The position numbers and the translations under genes are program-made. Below, piece by piece: positions 1 through 14,018 of a DNA stretch of 64,000 nucleotides. The first letter of the stretch is position 1, and each line of letters opens with the position of its first letter. Source of the DNA: Octopus vulgaris (lineage: Eukaryota). The notes under the pieces were generated by a model. That model was given only the letters and a program-made list of their open reading frames with translations, had not been told where the DNA came from and searched no databases. The DNA lies in contig OX597815.1 in the NCBI GenBank assembly GCA_951406725.2, positions 204,166,001 to 204,230,000 of the forward strand. The letters run 5' to 3'.

Positions 1-20
1 ACCATCTCCAGCCACCCTCT

Positions 21-570
<550 letters not shown>

Positions 571-572
571 TG

Positions 573-1494
573 CAGTGAGTCGCACAAATTCAAAAGATAA
601 GAGGAACACTAATACCTACCGAGTTCAAAGAGATATCTCCATAAAAAGCGATTGACACATTGAGTTATGATATGTACATGTTTATGAATAAAAGGAAAGA
701 GCATAATATTCATATAAAAAAAGCACTTGTAAATCCCTCTTCGACTCAGGTGTTACACAATCATTAAAAGGTCGTTCATGTACATGATTATTAGCCTAGG
801 CAGTGTGACGACTTTGTATTACCTTTGGCATTAATCACAGCTTTAATACATCCAGAAATTGACGCGTTCAAGTTTTGAACAGCTGTCAGGATAAATGTTA
901 AGCCATTCTTAAAGTAGGATCTGCTTGGTGGGGAGAAAGTGGCTTCTCACTTGTTGCTCAAAAAATTTCTGATTATATTCAATTCTGATGATTGCGGGTC
1001 TAGTCCAGGTGTTCTACTTTACTTCTGTGTTGTTCGTCCCAATTTTGAATAACATTATCCGTTTGACTCCGCGCATTGTCGTCCAGGAAAATTGCCTAAC
1101 TCTCAGGGAACAATGTAACATTGGATGGACAGGAACAGTCAAAATATTCAGATAATCTTCCCCGTTAATTCTGACCTGTAGAACAACTAATGGGCCTACT
1201 ACAGAATTCCATTATTTGGCACCGAAATCTTTACAGAGCCACGTCCATACTTCTAAACAGTCAGAGTTGAAGGCATCTGTGTAATGTCACCAGACATAAT
1301 CACGCCCAAGTGGGGAAAACGAATTTATTCTGTTTAGTTATTAGCCACTTTTGATAGTCTAGACACCATTATTTTCGCTTATCATTGTTGATAGGAGACA
1401 GAAAAGTTTTAACAATGGCATACCTTTCTTTATATCCAGCTTTATAGAACTCACAACGAACGGATTTAGCAGACACAGGGATCCAAGATGGTGG
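573..1494 (-). mobile_element. Degenerate Tc1-family DNA transposon relic (transposase pseudogene)
   Basis: Manual minus-strand translation gives decayed Tc1 motifs in the correct order: PVSAKSVRCEFYKAGYKERYAIVKTFLS (~1480-1400), KYGRGSV (cf. KHGGGSV, ~1254-1232), AIFLDDNA (cf. FQDDNAP, ~1097-1072), QSSELNIIRN (cf. QSPDLNIIEN, ~995-965), KAVINAKG (~845-821). Many stops and frameshifts. CAGT at 573 may be the right TIR end. Confidence 0.8.
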
Positions 1495-1785
1495 TTTGGT
1501 TCTGATGTCATTTTTCTGCTGGAGTTCGATGATTTGTAGGCATGGATTTAGAATGTGTACCTCTCAAAATATTAAACACCTCAATTGTTTTTGAGACTAA
1601 ATCTCCAGATATATGCTCTTCAACAATTTATCCTCTTTGGAAGTCAGACGTTTATTTAAATATAAATATCTGCCAGAAGAGAAAAACACGGGACCACATC
1701 GTGAGGTACAAAGCATACACAATACATTTAAAAACATATACAGCCAAGAACACACCTGAATTTTTCATTGCTAAGAAAATAAATA

Positions 1786-2307
1786 CCGAAAATTCTCGAG
1801 TACAATCCACATTTTTTCCTCAAAATTTAAAGGTCAAAATCCCTAGTGCGTACTATATACGAGGTTAAAAATGAAAAATATTTTCTAAGCAATGTCCGAG
1901 TCTCTATTTGCTGTCCGGAAATGTTTATACAGACGCATTTTGTGATGTCGGGCGCGAAAATACCTTAGGCTAAGCCTGAAAGCAATGAAGTCATAAAAGA
2001 ATCATCCATAACTTGCAGTAACCAACATTTATTAAAATTAAAGTATTCAGAACACAGAATAACATGTAACAAAAACAATTTGCAAACATATTTACATTCC
2101 CATATAACAGTTAAGAACTTCACCATTCTTGTATTACGCATGCACGGAAGTGTTTGTTCGACTAGGTGCTGCTGGCTTAATTACGCACGACTCAAGTTAG
2201 AGAAGGGGTGCGTATTATACACAAGGTTTAGGTTTTTCAGAGGTACAGCCCTCTAAAAATCCCCTGTGTATTATAGTCAAGGGCGGACTATACTCGAGGA
2301 TTTACGA
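1786..2307. mobile_element. Pogo/Tigger-like non-autonomous element (MITE)
   Basis: Imperfect ~25 bp TIRs (ccgaaaattctcgagtacaatccac / gcggactatactcgaggatttacga), TA on both flanks, and repeated internal gtgcgtattata-like subterminal motifs. No ORF. Confidence 0.75.
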
Positions 2308-3396
2308 TATATAAACAATCTTACATTTGTTTGAGAAGCGTCGGATATATATTGTACGATACAGTCAAGAAAGAGATATTTCGAACGTAGTATCACCGTT
2401 AAAACAGCAGAAAAATAGAGTGAATTTAATAAAATCATCTAAATACGAAACATCATGAAAATGGCTCAAACTGAAGGCCTTCTTGAGCGACACATTTTTC
2501 TATTCGAGTCAATACAGGATTACAGATAGTATTTATGGAATTTTGATTTACTGTCGGGTGACATCTGGCCATAATAGAGAGAGGGGGGATTGCGAGAGAG
2601 AAAGAAAGAGAGAGATGAATGAATGGACAGAAGGAGACAGATTCTAATTATTTAGTTATGAAAATCGTTTCTATTCATAATTATTATTTCTCAACACTTT
2701 TGATAAGTAATATTTGAAATGTTTTCTTTTTTATCAACTCTATTTTCATTTTACCCCCAATTTGCGGCAATACAGTTTGAACAGTTTGAACAAATCCTTA
2801 AAATACAGGCTTTCTGACTGCGATCTAATCCATCTACTTTCGTTTCTACTCTGAATGCTGAGCGCTTCTCAGATATAGTATGTGTAATTCTGTTACTGCA
2901 ATACACTTCGTAACAGCTCCTGGATTGTTTTTTTCTTTTGTTTCTCATTTCGATGCATTTCAATACTAAATTTTAAGTCTCAATCTTTCATGCTGAATTG
3001 GAAGACGAAACAATGAGAACACTACTATACACCAATCATGGAATGCAGATACCTGCCATAATGGAGTGATTTTACCGAATCGGTCAATAATATATTTATG
3101 TTAATATATATTACCAAGCAATACATTGTATTTTATTACGCATCCATACGATACAGAAATATACGTTGAAAATAATTTTCAAAAATGTTTCAACTCTTCT
3201 CCTATCATCTCTCTCGTCTTCTCTTTGTCTTTCGCCAATTTCTCACCACCATTGATGTCAGTATTTCTTATGTACGTTCAGGAATTTTGTTAGCGCAAGA
3301 AAAAAAGGACTTTCTAGGGTTAACGATTAATAAATCGCTTTGCACAACACAAGATTACAGGTTTTAGAGGATCCCCACAATCATCGATATATACAT

Positions 3397-3438
<42 letters not shown>

Positions 3439-4050
3439 TACAATTTGATGCCTTTAAAGGATAATTAACTTACCAGATTGTGGATACAATCTATATAATT
3501 ATGACTTTCACTAAAATATCCTTCGCTGCACAAACGCATTTCTATTTAAAGAAATTGGATTTGATTACTAGAATTGATACTGCTGCAAACACTATAATTA
3601 TTCGTGTACTCGCAGACACACGCACAAACACACAACACAAGAATCACACAATAAAATGACACACATTCTCACAAACAACTACAAATATACATACATACAT
3701 ATATGAGTGTGTGTGTGTGTGCGCGTGTGTGTGTGTGTGTGTGCCTGTGTGAGTGTATGCGTGTGTGTGTGTGTGTGTGTATGCGTTTGTGTGTGTGTGT
3801 GTGTACACCTGTGTAAGTATTCGTAAAATACACAGGAGTGTGTTTTTATGTAAAATATCCTAAAGGCGGCTCAATAGATGCAAAATATAGCAAGAACAGG
3901 AACACATAACTAATATAAATGTAAATAAAATTTATTAAATCATGATGTACATATCATCTAAAACCACATACATTTTTTTTTACAGTGCACGCAACCATAC
4001 TTCTGCTAGATAAATAAATGAAAAAATATTCATACACACACACACACACA

Positions 4051-4087
<37 letters not shown>

Positions 4088-4121
4088 TCTATATATATAT
4101 ATATATATCTATATATATATA

Positions 4122-4810
4122 AAGGACCTGGGTATCTTGGTGGATTCTTCCTTTTCGCCTTCGGCCCAGTGCGTCCAAGCTGCCAACAAAGCACGCGGAG
4201 TTCTGTTCTTGATTCGACGGTCATTCGGAATGCTCACAGCAGCCATATTCCTACCGCTATATGTCACGCTGGTGAGACCCATATTGGAGTACGGGATTCA
4301 AGCCTCTTCTCCTTATCTCCTCAAAGACATACAGCATCTCGAAAGAGTCCAGAAGCTGGCTACCCGCATGGTTCTTGGTCTCAGGCATTTGTCTTATGAA
4401 GAAAGGCTGCAGACGTTCGACCTTTATTCTCTAGAAAAAGGACGACGCCGTGGTGATCTCATTCTTGCTCACAACAATCATAAGCGGAAAGTGTAACTTC
4501 TCGAAAGAGGTGTTCTTCACTCCTGCTCCAGAGCGTCGGCTGCGGGGTCACTCCGAAAAGCTCTGTCTGCGACGATTTCATCTCAATCGAAGGAGAAGGG
4601 CTTTCTCCGTCCGGGTTGCGGATCCGTGGAATAAGCTGCCGGACGTGATAGTGAAGTTGCTGACGACCGCTCGGTTCAAAGTCTGCCTTGACCACAAGTG
4701 GCCTGAACTCTTTACATGAACACCACCCTGTACATAACTCCATGTCCCCCTACATGGCCTTGCTGTTTTTGCTTTTTGAGCCAAAAAATTAACTTACTAA
4801 CTAACTAACA
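4122..4810 (+). mobile_element. 5'-truncated CR1-clade LINE (RT C-terminal part plus 3' tail)
   Basis: ORFs 4137-4496 and 4450-4719 (frameshifted) carry DLGILVD, LYVTLVRPILEY, LERVQKLATRMV, YEERL, RRRGDLI, LRGHSEKL, FSVRVADPWNKLP. Ends in a (TAAC)n tail and is flanked by TA runs. Confidence 0.9.
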
Positions 4811-4864
4811 TATATAGCTCTGTACAACAATTTGATGTAGAGAATCTACTTATACTTTCTCTAC

Positions 4865-4900
<36 letters not shown>

Positions 4901-5439
4901 CTCGTCGTCAACGGGTTGGAAATGTCCGAAGTACATTTGATTATATGCGCTCGAGACTAACATGAAGTAGAACAGGAGACATAGCAAATTTAATTTATAG
5001 AGAAATCATAGGTAGATCCTCTACGTGAAATTGCAGTACAGAGCTATATGCGTAAATACTTCTTATATATTACATACTTCCATTCAAAGCCAAAAGTAAG
5101 TCATCTGAATTATATATTTGAAGTTGAAGACTAATTTTCGAGTTTTGTCTTTTTCTGTTTTGACTTAGTTTAGAATAAATTACACATATTACACATATTC
5201 TTTCATTAGTTTCAATCTGTGGTCCATACAAAATGTTCGTGGCCGTACTGGAGCACCGGCTGTGCAATTGCTGCTTTATCAACAAATGTTTTTGCTGTTG
5301 GTTGCGCTTCTTACAGTCACATTGTTTCGTGGGAACCGCAATTGATAGGTTATCCAAATGTTATTTGAATACTACTCTCCATGTAGATTTCTCAGTTATT
5401 GTTCTGAAGCGAGGGCTGTAGCAGCTGGGGTTTGATATT

Positions 5440-6735
5440 GCTTAGTTTGGTATCTTGGATTTCCACCCTTCATTATCAAATTTCTCCCCATTTCTGAAGA
5501 GATAGACAATTCCCTAAAATAAGCGACCACCACATCAGCGTCATTATAAACAATAAGCTATCACTCTTGTTTCACAAAGGTTCTCACTGGATAGAAAAAG
5601 AATGTGGCTCACTTTTCGATGTGTTCATGTGGAGTGATGACGTGGGTGAGGTCGCTGAACGTGTCAGGTTATTTATCCTGGACATCCTAAAAATGTATAC
5701 TTCCCACCAAATTTCGACCCTGCTCAGAAATGATTGCCGGCAATCTTAAGCCGTACAAACGATCAGCCTATCTATAGCTGTTACCATCAATTTAACAAAG
5801 TTTGAATCCAGGACATCGTTCTCATCACGATTCAAGCAGAACTATTCCTATATAAATAGCCTGGCAAGAAAACTGCTTTTATTCATGGAAATTCCAACCA
5901 TCCACCTTCAGCTGTAATTAGAAACTTAGTCATTGGTATTCACATAAGAATTTCCAGTCTATCGCAGAACTGAATGATATTCAGAAGGGGCCGCAGTCCA
6001 CTATAACGAGGTATAGACGTGACTTTACAGGTAAGTTATTGTATATGGAAGATACCACGCTCCAATATCAAACCGGAAGCAAGTTAGAAAGGAAAAGGCA
6101 ATCTGGTTTAATTTTCCTTACAATCTAGGTGTCCCTGCTAATGTAATTAGATGAGGAGTTTTCTGGCACAAACTATGGAAACATTTCCCAATAATCAAGA
6201 TAACTCTGTTATCCCCATAACGTGTTGGTTAGCTACTCATGCTTGGACCATATTATTTTCTACGTTTCACGCTACAATTATAACAGGTACAGACTCACAT
6301 AATCTCCAAACCATATTTCAGCGTATAACAGCCTAAATACTATCAACTATCATTGAAAAGAATTCTGTATCTCAAAGATTGGGATATGTAGAGCTGCTCT
6401 CTAACAATCCAATGTAATGACAGGATACTGTACAGGCACGACAGCCAGTGATTTTAAGGGAAGATATACACAACACATACACTCCTTTAGGCGTAGGGTC
6501 AGAGAAAACTCCACCACGCTTTCTCGCTTCCGGGGACTCTACATGCATTAAGACAACTCCTCCAGCATCACATAGGGTATCCTTGAGGAGGCATCTTATT
6601 ATTCTCTGGAGTTCTTAATTACCACACTGCCTTCGGGAGAAACTGCACATAGTTACCAGCTTGCAGTTTCCAGCAGTAGAACTAATTTGTCTTACTGTTG
6701 CCACCAAAGGTAAGTTCTGTTAACGAACATCGAGC
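5440..6735 (+). mobile_element. Degenerate Penelope-like retroelement (RT plus GIY-YIG endonuclease pseudogene)
   Basis: LFHKGSHWIEKECGSLFDVFMWSDDVGEVAERVRLFIL (cf. PLE FDVTMGSxDGAEVCELVGLFIL), FIHGNSNHPPS (~5880-5912), AIWFNFPYN (~6100), HNVLVSYSC (~6216-6243), TASDFKGRYTQHIHSFRRRVRENSTTLSRF (GIY-YIG region, ~6440-6530), LREKLHIVT. Many lesions. Confidence 0.85.
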
Positions 6736-7861
6736 CAATGGCCGCTGATATCTCGATTCTACCACTCTAGGCATTGCTCCCCCATGCAAACCGCCAGCAT
6801 ATATGACCTGTGATAGATACACTGCCTACCATAACACATGTTGGCCACGTCAATTATAACAGGAAATCTGTTAACCTCACGCGGTAACTATGGTAACTGA
6901 AATTCCACACCATAGAAAATGTCAACTAAATAGCGTCAACATGAGACTTCGAATGAAAGAACTGTTGTCGCTAGGATAGTTAAATGCAACTACGAGAAAT
7001 GATCTGATGATCTGCCAAATGATCATTTAGAATCGATTTTAATTTATTTTAAATTCTTTTCACTCTGAATCTGAACATCTCGTGAGTTGGATATATCTAC
7101 ACTCACGAAACTAAAGTAAAATGGAACTGAGCCAAATTGGTGTGTGTATGTATGTATTTATGTATATAGTGGGGTGGGGGTAGGTGGTTAGGCAAATGTG
7201 TATATATGCATTATATGTTTATATGTGTATATTGTATATTATTTCAGTATTTTTCTGTAGAACAAACCGTATTATATTTCCTTTAAGCTTTTAATCTTTT
7301 GTATTTTTAAATGAGAAAAGGAATAATTCTGACTTTGGAACTGAACAAAATATTGTCTAATATATTTACCTTCGATCTCTGCGCAAAATCATTCCGTTGA
7401 CTACCTCTGATTGATCTGAACTGTTACAATCTTCCTTATTCAGCGAGAGCAAAACATTCTAACTTTCTGAAAACTAAAAGAAATCTTGAACTGAAATATA
7501 AGCATATTGAAACATTGATAAATCAAGTGATCGCTTACATACAGGAGATTTACAATAGTATAATGATCATGATGCTAGTATTGTGGGCGTAGTTATACTA
7601 AAAAGAAAATTAAAGTAGAAAATGAAAATTCAACTGTAATATAAAAAAAAAAGGCATATTAAACATTAAAATTTTATTTTTGTGTTTCAACACTTATACT
7701 AATATTTTAAATTTTAGAACTAATCTACTTTTTGGAAAAAGAGGAAAAGAGATAAGAAAATAGAAGAAGGAAATACTAAATAAGTAGGGGGAAACGAAAG
7801 GAAGAAGAGAAAGAAAAAAGAATTATGTGAAATTATAGTTATTACAGTTTCATTGGCTAAC

Positions 7862-7934
7862 CTGCTTGCCCTTCAGGAGCGTTATCTTTGATTATACGAT
7901 TCAGTTGAATGGATGAACTCTCGCCAACGCAGTG
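7862..7934 (-). CDS. Candidate host-gene exon (unassigned), HCVGESSSIQLNRIIKDNAPEGQA
   Basis: Acceptor ttgttctgtcaatag| and donor CAG|gttagc; 73 bp, only one frame open; in phase with candidate exon 8469-8564. No homology recognised. Confidence 0.35.
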
Positions 7935-8468
7935 CTATTGACAGAACAAAAATAAGTTTTAAAATATGTATATATATATATATAGCGTAAAATTAAACAA
8001 TATTGCAATTAAACATTGAGATGATGAACCAATCCTTTTGGGCAGCTGCATATTATAGATAATAGTCTAACTCAATTTAATCAAATCCAACCAGAAATCT
8101 CTGTATAGCACTATTTAACATCACTCTTTATTTAATATGTGGAATGCCTATTAAATAAAATGAGAGCCATAACAGTTAATCGTTAAAATGCATAGTAAAT
8201 TTTGCTCTTAATTGCTAATTGTTGGATTAAATATTAAACTACTTTTGTTAGAAAATATAAATTAGTTTCCTTAAATATTAAAAAATTATGTTTGGCCTTT
8301 ACTGTCAAAATAACATTTAAATTTATAGCACCGCTCACTATTTACACAAGACTCATATAATTAGCAGCTTCGTTGGCATCATTGCCTCCAAAGCCAAGCA
8401 GCTAATATCGATCATTGATACACTGATGCAATAAATCTATACATCAAAAACTTTCACAACCAACCAAC

Positions 8469-8564
8469 ATTGGCGGATTCGATTATCAGTTGTAACCCTT
8501 TCGCTTCTTTTAATTTACTAATGTTTCTTGGTGTATGATTACCAGATTTTGCTTTTGATAAAAC
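8469..8564 (-). CDS. Candidate host-gene exon (unassigned), VLSKAKSGNHTPRNISKLKEAKGLQLIIESAN
   Basis: Acceptor ctctagtag| and donor AAT|gttggt; 96 bp open frame in non-repetitive sequence; joins in frame to 7862-7934. Splice sites are only moderate. Confidence 0.3.
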
Positions 8565-9354
8565 CTACTAGAGATTTAGGTAAATTTAATCAACGGTTTC
8601 CATTCTTTGAATTACTATTAGGCTTACATAAATACAAATTTTTATTTCGTCGATTATTTCTAGTCAAACGATAATTTCTTATCTATCGTAAGACAATGGC
8701 TCAGTAGTAGTAAACCGTTAATTATTATGACTACTGTATTTTAGAAAATGTGTTATATTTTATTCTTTATTTATTTGATCTTTGATAAGTAGAAAGCCTA
8801 TATTTTGATATAATTGATGCGAAAACGTTAAAGATGTACAAAATTTGACAAAGAATACAACCAAAATGTTTATAAAACAACAAACTTTGACCTTTTAATA
8901 GTAATCATTTGAACATTTATTTTCTAATGGCATGCATTTGATTAGGCAATGAAAACTATTGAATATTATGGATATAACAATATATAGGGCCTATGACATC
9001 AATATAAACCGGCTCAGAACCGTAACTGAGCTTCTTGTCTCTCACTTTCTCTCACATCTCTCATCACTTCAATACGGTATTCATTCACCTCACCACAGTA
9101 TTTATTAAGCCCCTCCTACCCAACAAACCCTGTTTACTGACCCGGCTCAGTGATTCCAAGATATTTGTCCACTACCCTACCGTTCATGCTCTAGGTAGTT
9201 CTGACTATCCTAGATCATTAAACTGAATAAAATTACGTTATATCGTGCCGATTTTTAACCATGAATATTCTTTGATTTTTAGTAATCGAATTAAAACTTT
9301 ATATACCATTTAAATTCTATGGCAGTTCCAAATACACACACACACACACATACA

Positions 9355-9416
<62 letters not shown>

Positions 9417-9691
9417 CTAGCAGTATCGCCGGGCATTGCTCGTGTTTGTTTCGACCCTTTGGAATTGGAATTTTTGAAAAGTAAAAATTTAGCCTTATGT
9501 AGCTTGTTATTCTCTTTAAGTGAACATTTTTCTGGTTGAAATACACCGAAAAATAGCGACACAGCAGTCAAAAAATCGTAAAAAATAGGGGTTTTCATAG
9601 AAAAAGCACCTTTTTGATGTAAATAATTTTTGGTGTTAACATGGTTCGATTTGAATTTTTCTTTTTACGGAAGAAAGAGCAACCTTCTTCT

Positions 9692-9696
<5 letters not shown>
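9417..9696 (-). mobile_element. Non-autonomous Helitron, 5'-truncated
   Basis: Minus-strand 3' end ...gagcaatgcccggcgatactgCTAG followed by T; reverse complement of most of the copy at 9740-10084. Confidence 0.85.
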
Positions 9697-9739
<43 letters not shown>

Positions 9740-9750
<11 letters not shown>

Positions 9751-10083
9751 CTGAAGTTGTCTGTGTATGGCAGGTTTGGTAGCCTACAACTAACACTATC
9801 TCCTCCGAGACCCTACGGCGCAAATTGACCAAAATTGAGAGTATGATAGAAGAAGGTTGCTCTTTCTTCCGTAAAAGAAAAAATTCAAATCGAACCATGT
9901 TAACACCAAAAATTATTTACATCAAAAAGGTGCTTTTTTTCTATGAAAACTCCTATTTTTTACAATTTTTTGACTGTTGTGTCGCCATTTTTCGGTGTAT
10001 TTCAACCAGAAAAATGTTCACTTAAAGAGAATAAATAACAAACTACATAATGCAAACATGAGCAATGCCGGGCGTTACTGCTA

Positions 10084-10084
<1 letters not shown>
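9740..10084 (+). mobile_element. Non-autonomous Helitron
   Basis: 5' TATATAAAGCTGAAGTTGTCTGTG merges into a TA run; 3' gagcaatgccgggcgttactgCTAG|T with subterminal hairpin remnant. Confidence 0.85.
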
Positions 10085-10152
<68 letters not shown>

Positions 10153-10156
10153 CGTG

Positions 10157-10192
<36 letters not shown>

Positions 10193-11020
10193 TGTATGTA
10201 TGTATGTATACATATATATTACACAGCATAAATAATTTTCCTCCTGTGCTATAATATTGTATTTTGATTATCCAGATAAGTAGGGCATATTTGTATTCGC
10301 TACGACTGCTCTTGTCTCTGGATGCACCCGCCAGATTTGTACTTCAAACAGAAAATACATTAAAGAATATATCTGCCATTGACTTTATATTGTTGAATTT
10401 TTATTTACCTAACAATCTCCTCCATGAAGCTACTCACCATATATAATACCTATTTCTATAGCAGGCTATACATCTTGTTTAATTACTTTTTCAGTGTATT
10501 ACTACTTGAAAGTTTGTTTGTTACAACAGGTAAAAGCATTCTGAAAGCTTTTCAAAATTAATGTGTCTGTTGGGTAACTGCTGTACTTCTTCATCTAACA
10601 CCGAATACATTTGTTAGGTTCAACAAATTATGTACTGTTGATTGCCAAAGGAGATGATCGTAAGTTTCCTAAGCGTGTACTGTTTCACAGAATATTAGCA
10701 AACAGTTGGTTGGTGGGAATATATATGTTTGTATAGATAGTTTAACATTTCTGACTGGATTTCATCAAAATAAATGTTGAACATCAAAATTCGTTTTAGT
10801 GATTGATACTACTAAGGATATTACATAAATATTCTGGTCAAATCCTGCAACTTGTTATATCATTCACGGACACAAAAAATTTACTGCTTTCATCCTATGT
10901 CATCTACAGTTTATATAATGTGCATGTGATATGTTTGCGTGTGTACGCATGTAGAGAGGCAGAGAGATAGAGAGCAGGCAGGAGAGACACAGACAAAAGA
11001 ACAGAGCGAGATAGATGGAC

Positions 11021-11079
<59 letters not shown>

Positions 11080-11389
11080 AAACAGTTTTAAGTTCTAATG
11101 TTTTTAGGTTCATAGGTAGCATGTATGTGTTTGACAGTGTGGTAGTTATTATCATCATCTAATAATGGAGTCACACGTTACGAAACTCTCCTCAAGAGAA
11201 AATATCATTTATATACCCGTGATTACTGACAAAGCTCAGAAGAGAGATATCTCTATATAGCATTCTCACCGCCTCTACAGGACAATGTTTGTCTGCAACT
11301 GATATAGTTTGTGTTTTTAAAAGCAGTAAGGCCTTGCTAGGAAGTAGGTGAACGTTGGGGATAGGAAGAGCGTCCTGCTGTAAAATACC

Positions 11390-11803
11390 TATTTCTTTAT
11401 TACCCACAAGGGGCTAAACATAGAGGGAACAAACAAGGACAGACATAGGTATTAAGTCGATTACATCGACCCCAGTGCGGAACTGGTACTTAATTTATCG
11501 ACCCCGAAAGGATGAAAGGCAAAGTCGACCTCGGTGGAATTTGAACTCAGAACGTAACGACAGACAAAATACCTATTTCTTTATTACCCACAAGGGGCTA
11601 AACATAGAGGGGACAAACAAGGACAGACATAGGTATTAAGTTGATTACATCGACCCCAGTGCGTAACTGATACTTAATTTATCGACCCCGAAAGGATGAA
11701 AGGCAAAGTCGACCTCGGCGGAATTTGAACTCACAACGTAACGACAGACAAAATACCGCTAAGCATTTCACCCAGCGTGCTAACGTTTCTGCCAGCACGC
11801 CGC
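11390..11803 (-). mobile_element. tRNA-derived SINE, family B (Meta-domain-like core), head-to-tail dimer
   Basis: Minus strand has a ggcg..gctggcagaaacgttagc head, a gttcaaattcc B box and a gcctttcatcctttcggggtcgataaa core. Two tandem units; TSD gctgtaaaatacc at 11377-11389 and 11802-11814. Confidence 0.85.
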
Positions 11804-12101
11804 TGTAAAATACCAAAGCCTCATATTGTACCTGAGTTACGCAAGCATAGAAAATTAGAAAGGAAATCGGAATGAAAGAACAAAACGCATATACACCTGT
11901 GAACGTTTGTGTGTGCGCACGTGCGCGCGCTATGTGTGTCTGTGTGTGTTTATGTGGCTGTGTAACAGTTACTCATGCATGAATAATGTATTTTCTTGAT
12001 ATTTTTTTTACAATCACATTGGAACAATAAAGTTCCTAAATCCATATTTGACGTCTCCAGATCTATTTATCTATCCGACTGTCTGTCTGTCTATCTATCC
12101 A

Positions 12102-12132
<31 letters not shown>

Positions 12133-12249
12133 GTCTATCTGTCTATCTAGCCATCTCTCTCTCTCTGTCTATCTATCCATCTCTTTCTCTCTCTCTCTCT
12201 ATATATATATATATTCATATTTATATTTATATACATAGATATGTGTGTA

Positions 12250-12313
<64 letters not shown>

Positions 12314-12986
12314 GGTGTGTGTGTGGGTGTATTTGCTTGCGAATTTGTCTCGTGTCTTTTACATCATCAATAAAACTAATCGTTTTCTAATGATTGCCCA
12401 AATGAACCATTTCGAAGATGGTAAGCAAATTACATAAAGGTTTCGCAGTTATATGGTTAGGGAAATAAGCCTTAAATAATTTTCGCATTAAAATATTTCT
12501 ATGCATGTTTACAGTGATGCGTGGGTTTAGTTTTTTTGTTTTTTTTTTTCTTTGGCTAAACTCCAATAAAATCTGTATCGCTGCAGCCAAATATATCCTT
12601 CTTTCCAATAACTCTTATCATCAGCTATAACAGAAAAATGCAATAAAATGAAATAAGAGATATTTTTAAACAGCATAAATTTTTATAGAATTCTTTATAA
12701 ATTGGGTTCTTTTAACGATTTAAGATTTCATTAACTTTCCAGAGAAATTAATGAATTATTGGCTCTCGACTCACATTGCACAAAGCTAAAAATGTAAATT
12801 CTGGGTTAAAAAAGCCCTTTGGATAGAAAATTTTGAAGGTTGCCTGTATAAAAATGCTTTTTCCTACAGCTGTGTGTAGTGTCCTTATCTTTTTTCTGAC
12901 CAAATTACTACAAAAGCTATTTTTGATAATTGGTATAATAGATAAGGGATATTTATCATTTGGTTTTAGTAGAACTTGTACATATA

Positions 12987-13357
12987 GGCGCAGGAGTGGC
13001 AGTGTGGGGAGTAGCTTGCTTACCAACCTCATGGTTCTGGGTTGAGTCCCACTGCATGGCACCTTGCCCAAGTGTCTTCTGCCATAGCCTCGGGCCGACC
13101 AAAGCCTTGTGATTGGATTTGGTAGACGGAAACTGGAAAGAAGCCCGTCGTATATATCTATATATATATATATATATGTGTGTATGTGTGTGTGTGTGTG
13201 TGTGTGTGTTTGGGTGTCTGTGTTTGTCCCCTGCCCCCAACCGATGCTGATGTGTTTACGTCCCCGTAACTTAGCGGTTCGGCAAAAGAGCCGACAGAAT
13301 GAATACTAGGCTTACAAAGAATAAGTCCTGGGATCGATTTGCTCGATTAAAGGCGGT
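12987..13357 (+). mobile_element. tRNA-derived SINE, family A (internal microsatellite), 3'-truncated
   Basis: ggcgcaggagtggc head with A/B-box-like motifs, then ccaagtgtcttct...gccttgtga..ggatttggtagacggaaactg; same family as copies at 29462, 39080, 59653, 61704. Confidence 0.85.
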
Positions 13358-13554
13358 ATTTGTAAGGTCAAATCGAATATATATATATGGTTTAGACCAT
13401 TGCAGATCTATTTTTAGCGTAAGAGCGTCCACATAGTGGATTCTCTCTCATGTTTGTGTATTAATATTTACTGAATCTCAGTTCTTTATGCGCTAAACCA
13501 CTTGGTGTCAATTTGATGTTATTGAATTAATATCCAATTTTTTCACCCTTATTT

Positions 13555-14015
<461 letters not shown>

Positions 14016-14018
<3 letters not shown>

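Noticed and set aside
1542-1868. 108-aa ORF
   Set aside because: Runs from unassigned AT-rich sequence into the pogo-like MITE terminus; no motifs.
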